A stretch of DNA of 64,000 bases from Candidatus Rokuibacteriota bacterium (GTDB lineage: Bacteria > Methylomirabilota > Methylomirabilia > Rokubacteriales > CSP1-6): NCBI GenBank assembly GCA_016179965.1, contig JACPCF010000019.1, positions 561-64,560 on the forward strand, written 5' to 3'. A program made the translations under genes and the position numbers. Each line of letters starts with the position of its first letter. The first letter of the stretch is position 1. Below, piece after piece: positions 1 through 8,135 of this stretch. The notes beneath the pieces were generated by a model. The model searched no databases. It was not told the DNA's origin and saw nothing but the letters and a program-made list of their open reading frames with translations.

Positions 1-1
1 C

Positions 2-1060
2 AAGGCGCTGGAGATCCTGGATTACCCGAAGTTCCGCTCCGAGCAGGCCCAAGCCCGCAAGGAGGGCCGCTACGTGGGCGTCGGCTTCTCAACTTTCGTG
101 GAGACGGCGAGCACCGGCCCCTCGGCCAAGATGGCGTTCCAGGGCCACGAGTACGGCGCCGTCAGGGTCGAGCCGAGCGGCCGCGTGACGGCCCTGACCG
201 GCACCTCACCACACGGTCAAGGCGGAGAGACGACGTTCGCCCAGATCGTGGCCGACGCCCTCGGCGTCACTCCTGAGGACGTCACCGTGCTTCACGGCGA
301 TACCGCAGTAATCCCTACCGGCTTCGGGACGGGCGGGAGCCGCGGGGCGAGCGTCGGCGGGGCGGCGATCCACGTGGCCGCCGGGCGCGTGAGGGAGAAG
401 GCCCAGCGCATCGCCGCCCACCTCCTCGAGGCGGCGCCGGAGGACATCGCCGTCACCGACGGGAAGTTCCACGTCAAGGGCCTCCCCGACCGGGCGGTGA
501 CCCTCCGCGAGGTCGCCCAGACGGCGCACCGCGCGGCCAACCTCCCGCCCGGGATGGAGCCCGGGCTCGACGCCAGCCACATCTTCGACCCCCCGGACTT
601 CACGATTCCCTTCGGCGTGTACATCGCGGTGGTGGAGGTGCTGCCTGAGAGCGGCGAGGTCAGGCTGCTGCGCTTCATCGGTGTGGACGATGTGGGGACG
701 GTGATCAACCCGCTCCTGCTGAAGGGCCAGCTCCACGGCGGGATCGCCCAGGGGATCGCCCAGGCCCTCTGGGAGGAGATCGTCTACGACGAGGGCGGCC
801 AACTCCTGTCGGGGAGCCTGATGGAGTACGCGGCGCCGAAGGCTCCCGATCTCCCGATGTTCGAGCTGGACCACACGGTCACGCCCACGCCCCACAACCC
901 CCTCGGCGCCAAGGGGGTGGGCGAGGCCGGCTGCGTCGGCGCCCCTCAGGCCGTCGTGAACGCGGTGCTCGACGCGCTCTCGCCGCTCGGCATCAAGTCC
1001 CTCGACATGCCCCTCCGGCCCGAGAAGATCTGGCGCGCGATCGAAACCGCCGGACGCTGA
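2..1060 (+). CDS. xanthine dehydrogenase/aldehyde oxidase family molybdopterin-binding subunit, C-terminal part (5' truncated by window edge)
   Basis: ORF 74..1060 continues in frame to the window start; translation shows the C-terminal Mo-binding-domain pattern (GVGEAG...GAP). Confidence 0.75.
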   Translation, partial: KALEILDYPKFRSEQAQARKEGRYVGVGFSTFVETASTGPSAKMAFQGHEYGAVRVEPSGRVTALTGTSPHGQGGETTFAQIVADALGVTPEDVTVLHGDTAVIPTGFGTGGSRGASVGGAAIHVAAGRVREKAQRIAAHLLEAAPEDIAVTDGKFHVKGLPDRAVTLREVAQTAHRAANLPPGMEPGLDASHIFDPPDFTIPFGVYIAVVEVLPESGEVRLLRFIGVDDVGTVINPLLLKGQLHGGIAQGIAQALWEEIVYDEGGQLLSGSLMEYAAPKAPDLPMFELDHTVTPTPHNPLGAKGVGEAGCVGAPQAVVNAVLDALSPLGIKSLDMPLRPEKIWRAIETAGR

Positions 1061-1075
1061 AGACGTGCGGAAGCC

Positions 1076-1792
1076 TCAGGACGGGGCCAGGTCTTCGAAG
1101 ACCGCGCGGTAGAGACCATCCCAGAACCGGGCCCGGGCGCCCAAGGAGGCGTGGGCCCCCTCGAGAATGCGCTCGTGGTTCTCGGGCGTCTCGGCGTAGC
1201 GGGCTAGAGCCATCCGAAGGAGTCTCCCGTGCTCGAGGTCCTGGGCCACGTGCAGGGTGAAGTACTCCAGCGGTTTGTCCTCCACTCCGACCTTCCGAAG
1301 GCCCTCCACCAGGTAGGCGAACATCGTAGGGATCGCCCACTCATGGCCGGGGCCCACAGCCCCCAGCCCCACCAGATAGTGACGGAGCGAGGTCAGCTCG
1401 ATGTGATGGTTGATGAAGGCCCGGGTCTCCGGGAGGGCCTCCACGCGGTCCCAGTCTTCTTCGCTAAGCCCGAGGGCGCGCAGGAACCGCCGGTAGAGCG
1501 CGGGATGGGAGCAGTCATAGGTCTGAGGACGGGCGTACTCATCCTCCAGTACCATATGGATCCAGTCCCTCACCTCCTGCTCCGGGATGCTCTTGACCAG
1601 GGCTTCCAGATAGGTCGTGAACACCCGAACGAGCTGATAGTGCTGGAGACCAAAAGCCCAGAGCTGAATCCGTCGCAGGCCGCCCTCGGCGAACCGACGC
1701 AGGAAGGGGTGGTGCAGGGCGGGATGGCTTCGAACCTCGGCTTCCAAGCGCTGAAGGAAGAGCTCAGCGCGCGTGGGATCAGTTCCGGGCAT
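1076..1792 (-). CDS. TenA/PqqC-like (haem-oxygenase-like fold) iron-containing redox enzyme family protein
   Basis: ORF 1076..1906; likely start MPGTDP (ATG 1790-1792); helical E/H-rich translation typical of the PqqC/TenA superfamily. Confidence 0.55.
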   Translation of the reverse strand: MPGTDPTRAELFLQRLEAEVRSHPALHHPFLRRFAEGGLRRIQLWAFGLQHYQLVRVFTTYLEALVKSIPEQEVRDWIHMVLEDEYARPQTYDCSHPALYRRFLRALGLSEEDWDRVEALPETRAFINHHIELTSLRHYLVGLGAVGPGHEWAIPTMFAYLVEGLRKVGVEDKPLEYFTLHVAQDLEHGRLLRMALARYAETPENHERILEGAHASLGARARFWDGLYRAVFEDLAPS

Positions 1793-1805
1793 ATTTTGCT
1801 GGCCC

Positions 1806-2216
1806 TCAGAAGGTGAGGACCTTGTCGGCGGTCGCGACCTCTTCCAAGAGGAAGGCCGTAAGCCCGCGCACCTCGATGCCGTCGAGGAGATCCTCGGCCT
1901 CCACACCGCAAATCGCCATGGAGGAGCTACAGGCGTAGAGCCGCACGTCCCCGAGCTCCATTACCTGTCGCAAAAGCCCCGGCAGGTCTGTGAGCGCCAG
2001 GGCCGAGAGGCGCTCCCGCACCGCCGCCTCGTGCTCGCGATAAGCCTCCGAGAGGTTGATCTCCTGGACCCCTCTCTTGGTCACCTTGAGGACCGCCTCG
2101 TCGCGAAAGAACACCCTCACTGCCACCCCCGAGCTGACGGCCGCCATCAGCAGCGTCACAACTTGGACGAGGCTGTTGAAGTTGCCGTGCGAGGCGATGA
2201 CGGCCAGGGTGTTCAC
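1806..2216 (-). CDS. DsrE/DsrF-like sulfur-relay family protein
   Basis: C-terminal 136 aa of ORF 1806..2555 (VNTLAVIASHG..., Cys-containing YACSSSMAICG); GTG start at 2214-2216 overlaps the tusA-like stop. Confidence 0.6.
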   Translation of the reverse strand: MNTLAVIASHGNFNSLVQVVTLLMAAVSSGVAVRVFFRDEAVLKVTKRGVQEINLSEAYREHEAAVRERLSALALTDLPGLLRQVMELGDVRLYACSSSMAICGVEAEDLLDGIEVRGLTAFLLEEVATADKVLTF

Positions 2217-2512
2217 GGAGTGGGTTCGCCGGCCCGCTTCTGGACGAAGGAGACGATGAGCGAGCCCCAGCGGGCGTCGGGCTCCCGCCGGTGACCGAGG
2301 AACCGGTGGCCGGTGGTCCGGCACCAGGCAGGGTAGTCGTGCTCGGCGGCGAGGTCCGTCGAGAGCACTTTGACGACACCCGCCGGACCCACGGTCAGCA
2401 TCGCCCGCATCAGCCGGAGGATGCCCTGGGCGCAGAGCATCCCCCGGTTGTCCACCACGGTGGAGACCGTGCCTTCCTCGACCGGACGCCCCTCCCCGCT
2501 TACCAGTTCCAT
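2213..2512 (-). CDS. TusA-like sulfurtransferase
   Basis: 99 aa; DYPAWCRTTGHRF matches the TusA C-terminal signature; Cys in the LCAQG motif. Confidence 0.7.
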   Translation of the reverse strand: MELVSGEGRPVEEGTVSTVVDNRGMLCAQGILRLMRAMLTVGPAGVVKVLSTDLAAEHDYPAWCRTTGHRFLGHRREPDARWGSLIVSFVQKRAGEPTP

Positions 2513-2883
2513 ACTGTGTCGAACTGGTCCACGAACTTTCCCATCTCTTTCCCACTGAGGAGCTGGACTCCCTCGGTCAGCTCGTCTTTCTTGATCCCAC
2601 GCTCCTCCAGGTCTTCGCGCACGGCGTAGACGGGGATGTTCGCCTGGTGGACCGACTTGAGGTCGGTCTCAATCAGGAAGCCGGGCTGGACGAGCGTCCC
2701 GGCAATCCTAATCCCGGTCCCGTCCTGGCCGCGGACCGCATAGTTGACGGCGTCCCCCCGCAGGAGCAGCGTCAGGGGTTGCCCCGCCACCGAGGCAAAG
2801 GCGGAGGCGAAGAGGCCGATGTCGCTGTCCTCAAGGTTTCCGTACTCGGTGTGAGCGAGCACGGAGAGAATCTTCTTAGCCAT
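2500..2883 (-). CDS. DsrE/DsrF-like family protein
   Basis: 127 aa, MAKKILSVLAHTEYGN...; GGAGGG Shine-Dalgarno upstream of the start. Confidence 0.7.
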   Translation of the reverse strand: MAKKILSVLAHTEYGNLEDSDIGLFASAFASVAGQPLTLLLRGDAVNYAVRGQDGTGIRIAGTLVQPGFLIETDLKSVHQANIPVYAVREDLEERGIKKDELTEGVQLLSGKEMGKFVDQFDTVWNW

Positions 2884-2905
2884 GGCCCTGTCCCTCCGAT
2901 TTCTG

Positions 2906-3337
2906 TTAGTGGGCCGACATCAAGAGCGTCTTGTCGGCCTGGTCCGTGAACTTGTAGAGGTCCCCGAGCGTGCCGTGCACGACGGGATCGAGGTGGTAGC
3001 CCTGTGGAACGCCCCGTTCCACACAGCAGAGCCCTCAGACGTACCACTGGAGCTTGGGCTCGCTCTTCCCCTTCTCCAGGAGCCGGGCCACGAACTCCGC
3101 CGTGGTGTTGTGGGCCTTGCCCACGTCGGTGTGATGCGCGGCGTTGGTCTTCCAGATCGGGTCGTCGTGCTGGGCCTGGGCCTTGGCGGTGAGGAGCACG
3201 CCGTCCTCGTAGGCCAGCACGTTGACGTTGTACCCCTTGTCGAGGGCCGTGTCCACCAGCCGGAAGAGGCTGATGGGGGTCTCGTTGCCGTACGGTCCCG
3301 CCGTGATGCAGATGTGAAGGGTCTTCCGGTTCGCCAT
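2906..3337 (-). CDS. DsrE-like protein, candidate selenoprotein (in-frame TGA at 3035-3037 read as Sec)
   Basis: ORF 3035..3337 (100 aa) stops at TGA. The same frame continues 42 codons (GLCCVERGVPQGYHLDPVVHGTLGDLYKFTDQADKTLLMSAH) to TAA at 2906-2908. The KFTDQ(A)D segment parallels the KFVDQFD C-terminus of the neighbouring DsrE paralog. Confidence 0.55.
3003..3023 (-). promoter_or_regulatory. SECIS-like mRNA hairpin (UGUGGAACG-GGG-CGUUCCACA) 11 nt downstream of the in-frame UGA
   Basis: perfect 9-bp stem with 3-nt G-rich loop read directly from the sequence; position matches the bacterial SECIS spacing. Confidence 0.5.
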
Positions 3338-3349
3338 ATCGGGCTCCTC

Positions 3350-3679
3350 TCAATGCCAGATGGCTTTGTCTGACTTCTCCATCAGGAGGTCGATGAGTTC
3401 ATCCGCATTGCTCACCCGGACCCCCTCGGAGAGCCGCTCCTTGGTGATGCCGCGCTGTCGAAGAGAGATCTCGTCCGCCAGGAGCGTCAAGTTATGGGTC
3501 TTGGCCTCGGCCAGGAGCTTCTCACCCGCCTCGAAGCGCTTCCGCGCGGCGAAGACCGCATCCTGCACGAGATAGATCGTGACGTTGTGCCGGAGCTCCC
3601 GGAGCTGCTTCGCCAGCTCGAACGCGTGCTCCCCGCCCTCCAGCGGGCTCTTGGACTCGACTAAAAGGTACTGGGCCAT
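3350..3679 (-). CDS. DsrE/DsrF/DsrH-like family protein
   Basis: 109 aa, MAQYLLVESKSPLEGG... Confidence 0.6.
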   Translation of the reverse strand: MAQYLLVESKSPLEGGEHAFELAKQLRELRHNVTIYLVQDAVFAARKRFEAGEKLLAEAKTHNLTLLADEISLRQRGITKERLSEGVRVSNADELIDLLMEKSDKAIWH

Positions 3680-3696
3680 GTCTCTTCACCTCCTTT

Positions 3697-4512
3697 TCAG
3701 GCTTTCGTTCGGGTAATTGCCAGAGAGGGATCGGTGGGACGCACTGGATCCCGCTCAGCAACCGCACAAGAAGCGTCGAACCACCGGAGTCGGCCGCGCA
3801 AGCGAACGACATCGCCGATAACGGCGACCACAGGCGGCTGAAGCCCCGCGGCCTTGTCCAGGATGTCGGCGAGCGTGCCGGTGATCGTCTGCTGGGCTTC
3901 AGTCGTCCCCCAGCGGATGAGGGCCACGGGGGTCTCCGGGGAGCGACCGTGGGCCAGAAGCTCAGCGACGATCCGGGGCAGCGTCCGCGCCCCCATCAGG
4001 ACGACCAGGGTGTCCACCGCGGTCGCCAGCCGTTCCCACTCCACGGCGGGCTCACCCTTGCACCCGTCCTCGTGGCCCGTGACGACGGCGAAGGAGGACG
4101 CCAGCCCACGGTGGGTGAGGGGGATTCCCGCGTAGGCCGGCACCGCCACGGCCGAGCTGACCCCTGGCACGACCTCGAAGGGGATCCCCGCCGCCGCTAG
4201 AGCCTCTGCCTCCTCCCCGCCCCGGCCGAAGACGAAGGGATCGCCACCTTTCAGTCTGACTACCCGACGGCCGCGTCGAGCGTGGGCGATGAGGAGATCA
4301 TTGATCTGCTCCTGGGGCAGGCTGTGGCCGCCGGCGAGCTTGCCGGCAAAGATGCGCAGCGCGTCGGGCGGCGACTCGTCGAGCAGGATCGGGTTGACCA
4401 GGCGATCATAGATCACCACCTCGGCCTTCCGCAGCACTTCCAGGCCACGCACCGTCAGGAGACCAGGATCGCCCGGCCCCGCGCCGACCAGATAGACGGT
4501 GGCTACCCGCAT
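3697..4512 (-). CDS. cobA: uroporphyrinogen-III C-methyltransferase (sirohaem branch)
   Basis: VYLVGAGPGDPGLLT...GGDPFVFGRGGEE motifs; start MRVATV at 4512 overlaps the upstream gene by 10 nt. Confidence 0.9.
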   Translation of the reverse strand: MRVATVYLVGAGPGDPGLLTVRGLEVLRKAEVVIYDRLVNPILLDESPPDALRIFAGKLAGGHSLPQEQINDLLIAHARRGRRVVRLKGGDPFVFGRGGEEAEALAAAGIPFEVVPGVSSAVAVPAYAGIPLTHRGLASSFAVVTGHEDGCKGEPAVEWERLATAVDTLVVLMGARTLPRIVAELLAHGRSPETPVALIRWGTTEAQQTITGTLADILDKAAGLQPPVVAVIGDVVRLRGRLRWFDASCAVAERDPVRPTDPSLAITRTKA

Positions 4513-5138
4513 GTCCCCGCCCTGAGCCGCGACAAGAGACGCGCCTTGGCTTCGTCCCGGCGCCCTTCGGCGATCAGGCTCCGGAGGTCTCCGTCGAGCG
4601 CCCGGCGCCACGCCGCGCCGTCGGGAAGCCGCCCGCGCTCCTTCAGCTCCTGCCTGACCTCCGCCGCGACCTCGGCGAGCACGGCGTAATCCTCCGTGAA
4701 ATAGGCCTCGAGCTCGTCTCTCACCGCGCGGGACAGGGCCGGGCTCGCGCCTCCCGTGGCCACCGCCACCACGAGCGCCCCCCGCCGGACGACGGCGGGA
4801 AGAATGAAATCACAATGGGCTGGATCGTCGGCGGCGTTGACCCACACGCCCCGTTCCCTCCCTTCGCGGGCGACGGTCGCATTGACCTCCCCGCCGTCGG
4901 AAGCGGCAAAAGCCAACTCCGAGCCCGACAGATCGCCGGGGCGGTATTCCCGGGCCACGTGCCGGATTCGCCCCTCCCCGGCCAGCACCCCAAGGCGCGG
5001 GGTGAGCGCGGGACTGATCACCGTCACGGATGCTTCCGCGGCGATGAGGGCCTCCACCTTGTGCTCGGCCACCCGACCGCCGCCGATGACGACGCACCGT
5101 CGCCCGGCCACCTCGAGGAAGACCGGATAGTAGCCCAT
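4503..5138 (-). CDS. sirC: precorrin-2 dehydrogenase/sirohydrochlorin ferrochelatase (SirC/CysG N-terminal domain-like)
   Basis: 211 aa, Rossmann motif VVIGGGRVA and family resemblance. Confidence 0.8.
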   Translation of the reverse strand: MGYYPVFLEVAGRRCVVIGGGRVAEHKVEALIAAEASVTVISPALTPRLGVLAGEGRIRHVAREYRPGDLSGSELAFAASDGGEVNATVAREGRERGVWVNAADDPAHCDFILPAVVRRGALVVAVATGGASPALSRAVRDELEAYFTEDYAVLAEVAAEVRQELKERGRLPDGAAWRRALDGDLRSLIAEGRRDEAKARLLSRLRAGTCG

Positions 5139-5141
5139 CCC

Positions 5142-8027
5142 TCAGCCGTCCACGCCGTGGGGCGGCCGCCCCGGTGAGGGATCCCGGTCCGCCGCGGCGA
5201 CCTCGGCGCCGGCCAGGAATTCTCGGAGCTTGTCGTCGGTGTGACGGGCGCAGAACCGGCGGAAGTTCTCTCCGTTGACCCGCCCCGAAAGGTAAGTCTT
5301 GAGCAGCCGCTCGATGGCTGCCGGCACCTCGACCGCGGGAGCGCGGTAGCCGATGGGACGTGCTTTGGCCTGGTATTTCCCCACGGCCCCCCCCACGCAG
5401 AAGTAATAGGCATCCACCATCTGGCCTTCCACCTTCATCTTCTTCCCCTCGATCCCGATGTCCGCGATCCAGTGCTGCCCGCAGCTGTTGGGGCAGCCGG
5501 TGATGTGGATCTTGACGTGCTGTTCGAAACCGGGCAGGCGCGTTTCAAGATCCTCCACCAGCCAGCGGGCGAAGTTCTTCGTTTCGCTCAGCGCGAGCTT
5601 GCAGAACTCCGTCCCCGTGCAGGCGATGGTGCCCCGCCAGAAGGGCGAGGCGTCGATCCTGAACCCCGCGTCCCCGAGCTCCCGCGCCAGCCGCTCGGCG
5701 CGGTCCCGGCGGACGTTCAGGATGAGGAGGTTCTGCATGTTGGTCGTCCGGAGCTCCCCCGTGCCGTAGAGCTCCGCGAGGTCCGCCACGGCCCGCATCT
5801 CACCCGGAGACATGCGTCCGCGGAGGACGGCAATCCCCGCGTAGCAGTAGCCGTCCTGCCTCTGGGGGTGGATTCCCACGTGGTCCCGGTAGACGTCGTC
5901 CGGAGGATCCTCTGGGACCGCGGGGTCCAGGCTGAACCCCATCCGGCGTTCCAGCTCTTCCTGAAATCGCCCGGCCGTCCAGCCGTGGGTGAGGAAGAGG
6001 AACTTGAGTCGCGCCTTCTCCCGATTCTGGCGGAGGACGTCGCTGTCACGGAAGATCTCGGAGATCCCCTTTACGACGGGAAGAACCTGGTTCCAGCGCA
6101 CAAAGGCGTTGAGCCGGAGGCCGAGGTGCGGGTCGGTGGACAGCCCACCGCCTACCCGCACGGAGAAGCCGATCTCGCCGGTCTGGGGGTCCGGGAGAGC
6201 GGTCATTCCGATGTCGTTGATCTCCGGATACGAGCACCAGACCCGGCAGCCGGTGATGGAGATCTTGTACTTGCGCGGGAGGTTGTAGAAGTCAGGATTG
6301 CCGTTCAGCATCCCGGTCGCCGCACGGACCAGCGGGGAGGCGTCCACGACCTCGTCGGCGTCCACGCCGGCCAGCGGGCAGCCGGTGACGTTGCGGGTGT
6401 CGTCGCCGCAGGCGCCCATCGTGGTGATGCCGCACCGCCAGAGGCTTTGAAAGATCTCCGGGAGGTCCTCGATCTTCACCCAGTGGAGCTGGACGTTCTG
6501 CCGGACGGTGATGTCCGCGACCCCGCGCGCGTGCCTCTCCGCGAGGTCGGCAAGGGTCCGGAGCTGGTGGGAGAGGAGGAAGCCGTTGGGGAGGCGGATC
6601 CGGACCATGAAATAGGGCACCGCCTTGCCTTCGCCCCCCTTTCCCCCCACCGCGCCGATGCCATCGCCCTGGGTGTACACCCCCCACCAGCGGAAATACG
6701 TATTGAGCCACTCGGCCGGGATCGATTGATAGCCCTCGCGGGCGAACCGGACGATCTCCGAATAGGCGTCCCACGGGTTCAGCGCGCGCTTGAGCCGCTC
6801 GGCCCGCTGGGCCTTGGTCTCTTTCACGGGCTCTGCCGGGGCGCGAGGAGTCTCGGGCCCCCGCACCCAATTCCGCAGGATTTCGGCCACTTCCGGACGG
6901 GTAAACTCCGCGGGGAGAGGCTCCCCCCGCCCCAAGAGTTCGCGTACCAGGCTCCCGCTCAGGGCCATCCGGTCCGACGGATTGTGCGGGCAGGTTTTGG
7001 GAGACGTAATGGCCTCGCACCGACGGCAGTAGAAGGTCTCATCGAAAAAGAGGGGGACGACGCCGAGCTCCTCGGAGGCGAACCGGCGGAAGATCTCGTC
7101 CACCGTCAGCGGGGAGGACGCGGTCTCGACCCCCGCGTATTCGCGCCCGACAATAAAGTGGGTGCAGCCATAATTCTTCCGGACGAGGGCGTGGAAGAGC
7201 GTCTCTCTGGGGCCCGCATACCGCATCGCGCCAGGAAACACCGCCAGCACCACGCGGTCCTTGGGGTAGTACTGCTCGACCAGAACCTGGTAGCAGCGGA
7301 CGCGGACCTCCGAGGGAACCTCGTCGAGCTTGGTCTGCCCCACAAGCGGGTGGATGAGGAGGCCGTCGAGCGGCTCCAACGCGCACTTCTGCACGTATTC
7401 ATGGGCGCGGTGGATGGGGTGCTGGCTCTGAAATCCGACGACGGTGCGCCACCCAAGCGCCTCGAACCGAGCCCGCGTCGCGGAGGGATCGAGACGGTAG
7501 GCCTCGAACCCCTTCAGGGGAGGACGGGTGATCAGGTCCACCTTTCCGGCCAGAAGCACATCGCCCCGGCTAAGCTGATACTGGGCCCCGGGGTGACGGG
7601 GGTCCTCCGTCCCGTAGACCAGGCGGGCCTCCTCGCGCCCATCGTAGGGGAAACGCTCTTTCAGGTGCAGGATGCCGAGCGGCTCCTCCCATGGGGACAC
7701 GAGGGCCACCTCTTCCCCTTCCCTCAACACGTCGGCGTCAGCGCGCCGGACCGCCAGCGTGATCGGCAGAGGCCAGGGAAGGCCGTTGGCCAGGCGCATC
7801 TCCTGAAGGACGCTCCGGTAGTCGGCCTCACCGATGAACCCTTCGAGGGGGCTGTAGGCCCCGACCGCGATCAGCTCGACATCGGACATCGTGCGGGCGT
7901 TCAGGGCGATACGCTTCAACGAGGAAACGCGCCGGCCGGCCTCATCTCGGGCTTCGCCACGGAGGACTCGATCGACCAGCACCCCACCGTGGGGGGGAAT
8001 CGTGGTTCCTACGGACGCCTGAGTCAT
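5142..8027 (-). CDS. fusion protein: N-terminal sulfate adenylyltransferase (ATP sulfurylase) + C-terminal sirohaem ferredoxin-type sulfite reductase hemoprotein
   Basis: single uninterrupted 972-codon ORF. N-terminal part has IPPHGG...QSQHPIHRAHE...GREYAGVE; C-terminal part has the 4Fe-4S/sirohaem Cys cluster CTGTEFC...CPNSC. Likely start MTQASV (ATG 8025-8027). Confidence 0.85.
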   Translation of the reverse strand: MTQASVGTTIPPHGGVLVDRVLRGEARDEAGRRVSSLKRIALNARTMSDVELIAVGAYSPLEGFIGEADYRSVLQEMRLANGLPWPLPITLAVRRADADVLREGEEVALVSPWEEPLGILHLKERFPYDGREEARLVYGTEDPRHPGAQYQLSRGDVLLAGKVDLITRPPLKGFEAYRLDPSATRARFEALGWRTVVGFQSQHPIHRAHEYVQKCALEPLDGLLIHPLVGQTKLDEVPSEVRVRCYQVLVEQYYPKDRVVLAVFPGAMRYAGPRETLFHALVRKNYGCTHFIVGREYAGVETASSPLTVDEIFRRFASEELGVVPLFFDETFYCRRCEAITSPKTCPHNPSDRMALSGSLVRELLGRGEPLPAEFTRPEVAEILRNWVRGPETPRAPAEPVKETKAQRAERLKRALNPWDAYSEIVRFAREGYQSIPAEWLNTYFRWWGVYTQGDGIGAVGGKGGEGKAVPYFMVRIRLPNGFLLSHQLRTLADLAERHARGVADITVRQNVQLHWVKIEDLPEIFQSLWRCGITTMGACGDDTRNVTGCPLAGVDADEVVDASPLVRAATGMLNGNPDFYNLPRKYKISITGCRVWCSYPEINDIGMTALPDPQTGEIGFSVRVGGGLSTDPHLGLRLNAFVRWNQVLPVVKGISEIFRDSDVLRQNREKARLKFLFLTHGWTAGRFQEELERRMGFSLDPAVPEDPPDDVYRDHVGIHPQRQDGYCYAGIAVLRGRMSPGEMRAVADLAELYGTGELRTTNMQNLLILNVRRDRAERLARELGDAGFRIDASPFWRGTIACTGTEFCKLALSETKNFARWLVEDLETRLPGFEQHVKIHITGCPNSCGQHWIADIGIEGKKMKVEGQMVDAYYFCVGGAVGKYQAKARPIGYRAPAVEVPAAIERLLKTYLSGRVNGENFRRFCARHTDDKLREFLAGAEVAAADRDPSPGRPPHGVDG

Positions 8028-8135
8028 GCGCCGGTGCCCCTGTGTCGGAGAAAGGTACACTTTCCGATCAAGAATGTCAAGAAGTAACGTAAATCCAGGA
8101 AAGGCAATTACTTCGGGGTGGCTGGGGCAGCCCGT

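Noticed and set aside
2882-3373. 163-aa plus-strand ORF
   Set aside because: Antisense to the DsrE-like selenoprotein candidate and its neighbour; no family resemblance.
5241-8087. 948-aa plus-strand ORF
   Set aside because: Antisense to the sat~sir fusion gene; its low-complexity Arg/Gly/Pro-rich translation is typical of the opposite strand of high-GC coding DNA.
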